A stretch of 64,000 nucleotides of DNA from the human T2T-CHM13v2.0 reference genome, Homo sapiens, in the NCBI RefSeq assembly GCF_009914755.1, contig NC_060941.1. One strand, 5' to 3'. Positions 1-11,135 of this stretch are shown here, one piece after another. The notes under the pieces were generated by a model that searched no databases, had not been told where the DNA came from, and saw only the letters and a program-made list of their open reading frames with translations. Each line of letters begins with the position of its first letter. The first letter of the stretch is position 1. Made by a program: the position numbers and the translations under genes.

Positions 1-369
1 TCCAAAAGTCAGTCCCTCACCCCAGCACTCTCTGTGCACCTGTCTGCCTGTCTCTTTCTGCAGTTGATTGGTTGAAGAAACTGGATCATGTAGCCTGTAG
101 AATTTATCGTGGTCTCGATCTCGTCAGTGGCTTCTCCCCCCTTGCCCTGGGTGAGCCACACTCACCTCTGCTCCTTGGATTTCCTCTCGGTGGTGGACAC
201 AGCCGGGCTCCCCTAGATTCTGGTTCAGTCAGGGAATGTTTCATGTGTGGTGCTGTGTCCTTACTTTAGGATATCTGATAGTCCCTCTGTGATATTAGCA
301 GCTATTGATGATCATTGTCTGGATCTATTTATTAGAGATTATGAAAAGATGGTGTTATTGTTTCATTCC

Positions 370-659
370 TTTTTTTGCAACAGGGGATCTCACTTGGCCA
401 CCCAGGCTGGAGTGCAGTGGCGCAAACATGGCTCACTGGAGCCTCAAATTCTCGGGCCCAAGTGATCCTCCCACCTGAGACTTCCAAGTAGCTGGGACCA
501 CAGGCACATGACACTATGCCTTGCTAATTTTTAAATGTCTTGTAGAAACAGGGTTTTGCTATGTTGCCCAGACTGGTTTTTAATTCCTGGCCTCAAGCAA
601 TCTTCCTGCCTCAGCTTCCCAAAGTGCTGGGGTTACAGATACGAGCCACTGTGCTTAGC
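370..659 (-). mobile_element. Alu (AluJ-like)
   Basis: Poly-T, then cccaggctggagtgcagtgg, then ccaaagtgctggggttacag…gagccactgtgc. Dimeric and diverged. Confidence 0.9.
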
Positions 660-804
660 TGTCCTTATTTGTTAACTGGAGTATCTCTATATAAAGAAAC
701 CCTCTCATCAATTATTTGGATAGCTCAAGGTACAGTCATAGAGGAAAGCCAGCATCAATACTTACTTTCCTTTATTAACCAGTTTTCAAAATCGTGTGTG
801 GGCT

Positions 805-1117
805 TCTCTCAAAGGTGACTAGTAAGGGGTGTGTGGGTGTGATATGTGTGTGTGCATGTCGTGTGTGTGTGCATGCACGTGTGTGCATGCATAGGTATGT
901 GTGTGGTGTGGTGTGTGTGGCCACCCTGTTGAAGGCACTACCTACTGTATTCGTTTCTCACTGCATCTCTCAAAGGTGACTAGTGTGGGGGTGTGTGTGG
1001 ATGTGAGTGATGTGTGTGTGTGCACGCATGTCAGTGTGTGCGCATAGGTGTGTGTGGTGTGGCGTGTGTGGCCACCCTATTGAATGCATGACTTACTCTA
1101 TTCGTTCTTCACCGATG
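805..1117. repeat. Two-copy ~161-bp direct duplication with internal degenerate (GT)n
   Basis: tctctcaaaggtgactagt occurs at 805 and 966. gtgtgtggccaccct and tattcgtt recur in the same order in both copies. Confidence 0.8.
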
Positions 1118-1678
1118 TCCACGTCGTTCCATCTTTGTGTTGGCCCCTGAGCCTTGTGATGCAGTTCTCGCGGTCCTCAATTGCTTCATTTTGATATGGT
1201 ATGACAAGCCAGCATGTTCTGTGCCATTTTGTACTTCTTCTACCCTAGGCCTGAAATCAGCCACGTGTCTGTCTCCAGGGAGTCTTGGTTTCCTTCCATG
1301 GGAAGTGGTATGGAGAGCTTAATCTGGGCTCCAGGGCTGCTCATTGACCCTTGTTCAGCCCCCTTTCTCTATGGGTGTTTCAAAGATAAAATACGAAGGC
1401 GCTCTTACACATCCAGGTTCAGGTCTGCAAGGTCTGCTTACTCTCATGGGTCCTACAGCTGTATCTGCTTCTTTCCACATGGAGTGCTCAGATTGTTCAT
1501 GAACACCAACGTAATTACCCATTCTCTTATCCTGCACCACACCTGGCAGTTTCAGAAAGCAACACCAGCACTGCCACTGACGCGGTTACTGAGAGCCGCT
1601 GCCGAGGCATAGCCGCTGCTGAGGCACTCGCCCTTCCTTCTCAGGTTAGGCACAGATGTCGAGTGACATTACCCTGTA

Positions 1679-2416
<738 letters not shown>

Positions 2417-5400
2417 TGAAAGGAGCCTGGCTGCTCTTCCTGTCCTGGTGAGCCTATTTTATCTTTTCTTCTGTAGGTCACCACTGAAATGTTTTAATAA
2501 TATGTGTACCACATGTGATGACACGTATGCGTAACCTTGGGTACATTTATATACGCACACACGCACACAGTGTTTTCTCTTTAGGGAAGTGCTGTATGTT
2601 GTACATGGTTTCTTCTACCTTGCTTCTTGTTGCTGTATTAGACTGGAATCCACGTGTCCTCATTGGAATCAAAGCTTCATTGTTTCCTCTAAAGCAGAGT
2701 TTCTCCAGCTTGGCCCGATTGGCATTTGGATCAGCTAATTCATGATTGTGGTGGTCGTGTGCTCATGTGCTGTGCGGACAGTCACAGGATGTGTAGCAGG
2801 TCCCCAGGCCATTGCCATCAGATGCCAGCAGGGCCCACTTCTCCCAGCAGTGCCGACCGAGCCTGTCTGCAGACAACACCAGTGCCCCCGAGGGCAGAGT
2901 TGCTCCCAGCGGAGATGGTGTTTCTCGGGTTCATTGGGGGGATTCTGAGCACCCATTTCAGAAGTGGATTTGGCCCCATCTGGAAGCAATAGCTTTTCTT
3001 TTTGGACTTTGAATAATAAACCAGCTATTCTAGTTCTTGTCTGCCTCTTCTGCAAATTAAGGAAGGAAGGAAGAATTGTTACTGAATAATACATAAAGGA
3101 AAGAGTCGATGATTTTACAAATTTCACGTAACTCTGCCCTTACTGGGCAGACACGTGTTGAGAACATTACGAGTTACTGTGACCTTGTAGTCCCTTTGGG
3201 TTCGGTGTACGCAATTTCCTACTCTCAGCATCTGCCAGCCCAGACTCTGGCAGACTTATGCCAGCCCTGGGTGCTGTAGGGTCAGCCACCCCCTTCCACG
3301 CAGGGTGGGCGTCCAGATGGTGCTGTGGGAAACAGCGTTTTGCCAGGGGCCAGAGAGCTGACTCAGATAGTGACCTGGAAAACAGACTGTGGATCAGGTG
3401 GGCACGGGCCTGGAACAGGGTCCCTGAAACACCCAGCAAGAGGCTGGGGAATGTCTGGAGAGCCCGGCATGGTCCGGAGCGTCCACGCAGCCAGCAGCTC
3501 ACATCCTCTTGCTCCTGGCGGCCGATGCTCTGCGCAGAAACGGGCTTGGTCTGAACGGAGAGGGACATTGTGAACTTGAAATGAAATCTGACAAGAAATT
3601 AGAAATTTCTTCAGAAAGTAAAGAGCGCGGTCAAGAATGCGAGCTGAAGATTTGCGTTTACAGCTGTAGAGCAAATACAGGCGGCTCTGACATCTCAGCT
3701 TTTGTTTGCCACTGCTGCAGCCTCAGGTGCCTCATCTGGGGCTTCATTCAGAGTGGGTGGGGAGGCGACAGGTCGAGGCAGTTGCCCCGTGCTCACGAAT
3801 CCCTGACACAGCTGGTGACCTCTCCAGGTGACCTCTTCAAGCCTGGTCCCAGGGGCAGGCATGCCCGGGCATGGCCCTCGCAGATGGCTTTGCTGGCCTG
3901 GTCTGGCAACCGTTGAATAAATACTGATTTCCCACCCAGGTGAGGCGCATGGTAGATGTTTGTTCTGTGCATTGCGTTGGTCGGCCTCCACAGTCGCACA
4001 ATCTCTCAGTGGAGTGAGAGTGTCTTCCATATGTGGGGCCGTGGTGCTGAAGGCTTGTGCGTTGAGTGCCTCCTTTCCCGTGAATGTGTTGGTTCTGGTG
4101 ACCAGGGTGGAGCCTCCCTGCGCCCCTTCCTTCCATCCAGCATCAGGTTCCCAGTTCTCTGCCTGCCAGGCAGGCGTGCACATATGGAGTGTCTGGGAAC
4201 CTGCAGCTGTTGATCACGGCTGGTGGTAGCTCCGCACTTAAGTAAGGAGGAGTGATTTTCCCGAGGAGATGTGGTATTGGTCGGAGTTGCTGGGAAATCA
4301 GCAGCACTGAGTGATCAGGTTGTCGTGAGCTCCTGCCTCCATCCACCCCATTCTGGCGGTTCCTGGCTTCACTGCCTCTTGAAGACAGCCTCTCTGGCAC
4401 TCATGGGCATGTTGGCCTTCTCGAGGGGAAGGGGTTGAGTAACTCATGGCCTGTTAGTGTGTGCCAGAGACTCAGCACCACGGGCAGACACAGTGCCACG
4501 GGCAGCTATATCCAAGGAGGGTGAGGGTGCTCCCCAGAAGCCTCTGGGCCTCCGTGGGTGTCATCAGGGTAGTGAGCAGGAAGCCTGGGGGCTGAGCTGG
4601 GCTGCCTGGCTTTGACATGGGCCTGTGCGGGGCTGGCTGTGTGGCCCCGTGAGGGTTACTGAACCTCTCTGTGCCCAGCCTCCTGTTTGTGAGGCAGGAG
4701 CGATGGCAGTGCCCACTGCATGGTGGTAAGAGTGAGGCGGGTAGAATGCATGTGCCCAAGACAGAGGCTGCCCCGACCCGTGCTGTGCGGGTCACTCACC
4801 CCCACATTGTCTGCCACGGGGGCCCGAGCATTTCCACACGAGACTTTCACATCAGCCACCCGGGCAGGGCCCGCGTTAGTTTAGTTGTTTGTGGAGGAGA
4901 AAATTGAGGTTTGGTTTTGTTCATGACGTTGCCAGGTCGAATGGCTGGTGAATCATTGATTTGGGGCTGAGACTTAAGTTTCCCATCTCTGGGCGGGACC
5001 TGTGCTCTCTCCCTGTAACAGTGGCCTCTGTTACAGAGGGGCAGGTGGGTGGCTCACGTGTGGGCTCACCTGCGTCACTTCTCTCCAGCTCACCTCCACT
5101 GCGAGAGTGCCTGGGGATGCCTGCCAGCCACCCAGAGCCAGCGTCTTCCCAAGCAGCTGTTTTACAGGAAACAAAGCAGGATGACCTTGGGCTTCCTAGT
5201 CTCTGCACGTTACCCCGAATTCCAGAATAATCGTGAGAAGGAGCCAGTGGAGTGGTGTGACTTTTGTATTTATAGACTTCTTCCAAAGGTCACCTCTTTT
5301 ATTTCTGAAAAACAAGTCGCTTGAGGCCCATCTTTACAGAGTGACAGGAGCTCAGGATGCAGAGGCACCAAGGCCAGGGAGGAGCGTTGGGGGTGGCTGG

Positions 5401-6589
5401 AGCTGGTGGGCCAAGGGCCGCAGACCACTTTTGCCCTGCATGGCCTCGTGGCTGCCTTTTCTACCTGCGTGAGCTGGCTTTGATCTACCCCGGACCCATC
5501 TTTCTGTGAAGAGTTTGCAGAGGATGCTGGTTACATCTTAGATGGAAATTGGCCGTGTCTCTGCTGTTTCTGAGTGTGCGACTCTCAGAGCCAAGGTGGC
5601 ATCTGGCGACTGGCCTTGTTCTTGTGAGTCCCTGTAGGGCAGGATAGATTTTTCCGGCAGGGCTGCAGCCTGGAGTTCAGGCTTCCTCTCCCTTTTAAAT
5701 TTCAAAGACTCAGGGTTCCATTTAAACAGACAAGATAAGTGGCAGCTTTGTTTTGTTTTGTTTTTTCATTAAGAGATTTTGGAGGGGGAGGAAACCAGCC
5801 TTACAGTGATAGCATCAGGAAAAGATTACACAGAATGGCATCTTATTATGAAATATTGAAAACATTTAAAGAGCAAATAAAATATGCAAATAGAGTGGGA
5901 CAGAATTTGTACTGCACAGCCTCTTGCCCTACATCTTTCCCAATAAAAATTTAACTCTGAGGTCCATGTTGGGACAAAAAAAATGATACTGGGATAGTGG
6001 AGCTCGGCTTTCGTTAGTTCAAAGCGAGCAGCATATTAATCCAAGTAAGCAGAATTCCCATGTAGATTCATTCCACAGCCTTTTCTTGGGTGACGACTCT
6101 GTGCCCAGAAGCAAGGGGCTGACTGGGACCTGAGAGGCCTCTTCTTAGTGGCCATGGCCTCCCGGGGCAAGGCCGGCTGGTGCGTCAGAGCCTGGATCTC
6201 TGCAGTGGGCGCAGAAGGGACACAGGAATTTTCTCTTGGCCTCTTTGCTGGACTTGCAGCAGGGATGCCGCCGAACTCAGCCGTTTGCAGGCGGGAGCAC
6301 GTGAGTGAGCGAGTGTGGGATCCAGCCAGCCCCCCCAAGCACCAATACAGGAGCAAACTCCATGCGGGGCCCACAGCCAGACCAGGTGTGTCACCTTGAG
6401 GGGAACACGGTGGCACCCAGGCAAGGGTGCCCATGACCCTGAAGCCCCAGAGTGGGTGTTAGTGTGCTCATTAGCTCTTTTAGTTCTTCCATCCACAGTC
6501 CAACAGATGGTGGCATGTTAGCAGCTCCGTCGCCCCCTGGCCCCATCACGTAGGGTGGCTGCCCTCTGCCAGCAGGAGCAAAGGGCTAG

Positions 6590-7062
6590 TGTGACAGTCT
6601 TTCTGGTACCAGCACTTGGTGGGTCCTGAGCTCTTGTCCAGCATCCAAGCAGAATGCAGATGTGCCTACAGTCAGAGAGTGAGCAAGGTGAGGGGTTTTA
6701 CTGAGTGATGAAAGAGCTTTCTGCAGAGAGGGGACATGGGGGCGGTCCCCCCACCCGAAGGTGGGAAAATCCCTCCAGTGTGTCTTAGTCTGGGGCTTTT
6801 GTGGGCTCAGAATAGGGGAGGGGCAGGCTGTAGGTAGTATTGGAAAAGGCAACATTTGATTGGTTAAAAGGCATTATTCAGAAAGAATCAATTGGGAAAG
6901 GGTGGGCAAACGGGAATAGGAGTTTTGCTCTGGGTCTTGGGTTTTATCCAGGACCTGCCGTCTGGTCTTTCAGCCTTCAGGCTGTTATTTGGCTTGGAGG
7001 TAGGTTTCACCAGGGACCTGCCCCTGTCTGCCTAGGCATTTGACTACCTCCCATCGGTATCA
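6590..7062 (-). mobile_element. ERV1-class solo LTR (MER52/LTR27-like)
   Basis: TG…CA termini and ~470 bp length. The minus strand begins TGATACCGATGGGAGGTAGTCAAATGCCTAGGCAGACAGGGGCAGGTCCCTGGTGAAACC, resembling a recalled MER4-group LTR start. A CCAAT box is present (gattgg at ~6858). Confidence 0.65.
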
Positions 7063-8861
7063 GAAGCACCTTGTGAGCCCCAGGGAGCTGGTGAGGACCT
7101 TGTAAGGGAGGAGGAGGGCGGCGTGATAGGTGCAGGTGGCGGCGTGATAGGTGCAGGTGGCACCGTGCACAGCCACGTCAGGGACTTGGGAACGTCTGGG
7201 CCAAGGAGCCACCTTGTGCAGAGGCATGGAGTCATGAGAGATTAGCCACGGTGGGAACGTGGTGAGGACACTGGGCTGAGTAGAGGGCTCGCAGGTGGTG
7301 CTGGGCAGGGAGCCTGTTGACCCACCCACAGAGGGTTTGTCTCAGGGGCCGGTGGCCTGACTGCTGTGCGTTAAGGAGGAAGGCTCTGACAGAATGGGGG
7401 GACTTGGAGAGGGGTCATTTTGGAGGCCTGAAGGTGGTTGGGGTGTTTGACTCCCATGAAGGCAGAGGTGGTACAGCGAAGTCAGAGGGACACATTCCTG
7501 TGACCCACTGGGCACCAGGGAGATGGCAGGAGCAGGAGCTGAGGGTAGTGGTGAGGTTTCTGCTGGCAGAGTTTGGTGGTTGAGTTTCTGCTGGCTGATT
7601 TGGTGGGGCCAGCGAGTAGACAAGGATCCCAGACGGGTGGGTGCGGGGCAAGGTGGGGAATTTGACCAGATTTCTCTTGAAGGTGCCCTATGGGGAAACG
7701 GTGTTGTGAAAGTAGGAGGGTGAGGAACGGAGGCGACTGAGGGTCCACAGAGGAGGATGGGCCAGAGGCAGAGGTGACAGGCCAGGTAGGCCGAGTGAGC
7801 AGGGGAGCCACGTGAGGCCAGTGCGGGCGCACCAGGCACTGGGCCCCATGCAGAGGGGCTGCCGCCCCACCCCCACCCAGGCCTCACTGACTCCTGTGGG
7901 AGCCATCTAGGTACAGCAACCACGTGGAGGATAGCGTGAAAAGTGACGGGACGGAGCAAAGAAAGACACCAGCTCCTCGTTTGCAGAGGTTTCTGCACCG
8001 TTGTCACCAGCATGTGGTCATGGCCTGCTCCCCGGGGGCCATTCCAGCCATTGATCCACATTGTCCTCCAGCCAAAGGAAACAAAGCGGGAAGTGGAAAG
8101 AGCTGGAGTTACGTGGGGGCACCTTCCATCCTAGGCCGGCAGCTGGTCAACCTCCTCAGCCTCGTCACCGTTTAACATCCTCCCTTTTGTTCTTTTCTCC
8201 TTAATCTTTATGTTTGGAAAGATTTCTATAGACAAATGTGCCGCTGCTTCTCCATAGCCTTATCTGGAACAAAGGAAATGTCTTTTATTACCATTCATGC
8301 AGGTATAATCCGTGAAAGACAAGCCTGTTCTGCCAGTCACCAAGTCAGTCCTTTTCCTTCTGTCTTGCTCATGGAAGGCTGTCCCGGCCCTCACCTGACT
8401 AGTGGTGCAGCTCTTCAGGGGGTAGTGCCCATCCAATTCCTGGGGAAACCCAGGCGAGCCTGCTGGCCAGGAAGCGCCAGCTTGTGTCTGATTGCTAGGT
8501 TACCCTGGGTGCTTCCTGGATGTTCAGGCGCCCGTGATTCCCCCAGCATCTGCCTCGAGCTTATGTGCATGGAGCAGCAGATCCCTTTGTCTGGGCAGTT
8601 AGATTGTCTGCTAAGGAAAGTGGGTGTTGGAGCAAAAGCCTTGCTTCACTGCTGTACTCCAACCCATCAAAATGGAATTGTTTAAAATGCCCTCAAAATA
8701 AAAATAGAGACCCCAAGCTCTTGATAAAACAGCTTTCTCTGGAGAAGCTCATCGGGCTGTGTAAACTCCAATAGGAAGTATTTATTCATCATTTGTATGT
8801 GCACAAATATTTATTTAATGTCAACTGTGAAGGCTGATGAGTAAATCAGCAGGTAGAGTCC

Positions 8862-9490
8862 AGTACCCTGGTGCAGTGATGGGGAGCTAGAGGTGCTGTG
8901 CACAGTACCCTGGTGCAGTGATGGGGAGCTAGAGGTGCTATGCACAGTACCCTGGTGCAGTGATGGGGAGCTAGAGGTGCTATGCACAGTGCCCTGGTGC
9001 AGTGATGGGGAGCAAGAGGTGCTATGCACGGTACCCTGGTGCAGTGATGGGGAGCTAGAGGTGCTGTGCACGGTACCCTGGTGCAGTGATGGGGAGCTAG
9101 AGGTGCTGTGCACGGTGCCCTGGTGCAGTGATGGGGAGCTAGAGGTGCTGTGCACAGTACCCTGGTGCAGTGATGGGGAGCTAGAGGTGCTGTGCACGGT
9201 ACCCTGGTGCAGTGATGGGGAGCTAGAGGTGCTGTGCACGGTGCCCTGGTGCAGTGATGGGGAGCTAGAGGTGCTGTGCACGGTGCCCTGGTGCAGTGAT
9301 GGGGAGCTAGAGGTGCTGTGCACGGTGCCCTGGTGCAGTGATGGGGAGCAAGAGGTGCTGTGCACGGTACCCTGGTGCAGTGATGGGGAGCTAGAGGTGC
9401 TGTGCACGGTACCCTGGTACAGTGATGGGGAGCTAGAGGTGCTACGCACAGTACCCTGGTGCAGTGATGGGGAGCTAGAGGTGCTATGCA
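8862..9490. repeat. 42-bp minisatellite, ~15 copies (cagtaccctggtgcagtgatggggagctagaggtgctgtgca)
   Basis: Near-identical tandem units with a 14-aa periodicity in the ORF track. Confidence 0.97.
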
Positions 9491-9699
9491 GCCTTTGGCA
9501 TGGCTTCCTATCCAGTGTCTGGAAGAGCATCCAAGAAGGATGCTTTCAACATGATAAAAGACAAGGGACATTTAACATGATACTTGAAGAATGAATAGAA
9601 AATGACCAGGCAAGACTTGGAATAGGACATGGAGAAAAGGTAGGAAGAAGGTTCTGGGCAGAAGGCTGGAAAGTAGGTTAGAACATAATGAGGCAAAAG

Positions 9700-11135
9700 G
9701 CTTAAAAGATCCTTTCTTGTGGCTGAAGTGTAGACTCTCAGAGATTATGTCTAGTGATCAGGCTGGAGATCTTGCAGGGACTCGTAGGTCTTTCTAAAGA
9801 GTTTTCAAAGTTAGTGGGAAGACATCAAAGGTTTCTAAGCGGGAGAAGGACCTATTGAGTTTTGGAGAATGGATTTGGAGTGAAACAAGGCTGGAGGATA
9901 AGTTGGGAAGTTACTCCAATGATCTAAGAAATAGATAAGTGGTGGTGGTGATGGTGGTAGTGGTGGTGATGGTGGTGGTGGTGATGGTGATGGTGGTGGT
10001 TATGATGGTGGTGGTGGTGATGGTGGTGGTGGTGGTGGTGGTGATGATGGTGGTGGTGATGGTAGAGATGATGGTGATGGTGATGGTGGTGGTGGTGGTG
10101 GTGATGGTGGTGGTGGTGGTGATGGTAGAGATGATGGTGATGGTGATGATGGAAGTGGTGGTGATGGTGATGATGGTGATGGTGGTGGTGGTGGTGGCGA
10201 TGATGGTGGTGGTGATGGTAGAGATGATGGTGATGGTGATGATGGAGGTGGTGGTGATGGTGATGGTGGTGGTGATGGTGGTGGTGGTGGTGGTGATGAT
10301 GGTGATGGTGATGGTAGAGATTATGGTGATGGTGGTGGTGGTGATGGTGGTGATGGTGGTGGTGGTGGTGGTGATGGTGATGGTGATGGTAGAGATGGTG
10401 ATGGTGGTGATGATGATGGTCGTGGTGATGGTGGTGGTGATGGTGGTGGTGGTGGTGGTGGTGGTGGTGATGGTAGAGATGATGGTGATGGTGATGATGG
10501 AGGTGATGGTGGTGATGGTGATGGTGGTGGTGGTGGTGATGGTGATGGTGATGGTAGAGATGATGGTGATGATGGAGGTGGTGGTGATGGTGATGGTGGT
10601 GGTGATGGTGATGGTGGTGGTGGTGGTGATGATGGTGACGGTGATGGTAGAGATGATAGTGATAGTGGTGGTGATGATGGTGGTGATGGTGGTGGTGGTG
10701 ATGATGGTGATGGTGATGGTAGAGATGGTGGTGGTGGTGGTGGTGATGATGGTGACGGTGATGGTAGAGATGATGGTGGTGGTGGTGGTGATGGTGATGG
10801 TGGTGGTGGTGGTGGTGATGATGGTGATGGTGATGGTAGAGATGATGGTGGTGGTGGTGGTGATGATGATGGTGGTGATGGTGATGGTGGTGGTGGTGGT
10901 GATGGTAGAGATGATGGTGGTGGTAGTGGTGGTTTGGTAGTGGCTTGACCTGGGTATTGATAGCACGGATAGAAAGAGGTGGATGGACTCAGTCAGGATT
11001 GAAGAGGTAGACTCAACAGGATGCAATGATTGATGACATAAAAATGGAAAGGGTGAAAGACAAGAAGGTGTCAAGGGTGATTCTTGGGTTTCTGTTGTCC
11101 AGCTGGGTGATTCTCAGGTTTCTGTTGTCCAAATG
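9700..11135 (-). mobile_element. L2 LINE fragment split by an expanded GGT/GAT tract
   Basis: The flanks carry L2-like phrases (gtggcttgacctggg…gaggtggatggactcag…gaggtagactcaacaggat…gtcaagggtgattcttgggtttct). Confidence 0.55.
9939..10938. repeat. ~1 kb compound (GGT)n/(GAT)n trinucleotide repeat punctuated by GGTAGAGATG
   Basis: Read directly. It produces the poly-Val/Met and poly-Thr/Ile ORFs in the track. Confidence 0.97.

Larger units (their letters stand above)
1..1350 (-). mobile_element. Old L1 (L1MC4/5-like) 3' region fragments, interrupted by an Alu and a GT-rich duplication
   Basis: Motifs such as 'ttgaagaaactggatcatgtagcctgtagaattt', 'gctattgatgatcattgtctggatct' and 'cctgaaatcagccac…tccagggagtcttggtttcc' resemble the recalled L1MC 3' UTR consensus. 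Confidence 0.5.

Noticed and set aside
7117-7161. Small two-copy duplications (also 11076-11135, 36747-36780, and an 18-mer triplication at 39130-39180)
   Set aside because: Ordinary slippage duplications with no evidence of function.
8811-9594. 233-241 aa repetitive ORFs
   Set aside because: Artefacts of the 42-bp VNTR.
9911-11074. Thr/Ile-rich 387 aa and Val/Met-rich 333 aa ORFs
   Set aside because: These are translations of a GGT/GAT triplet repeat.
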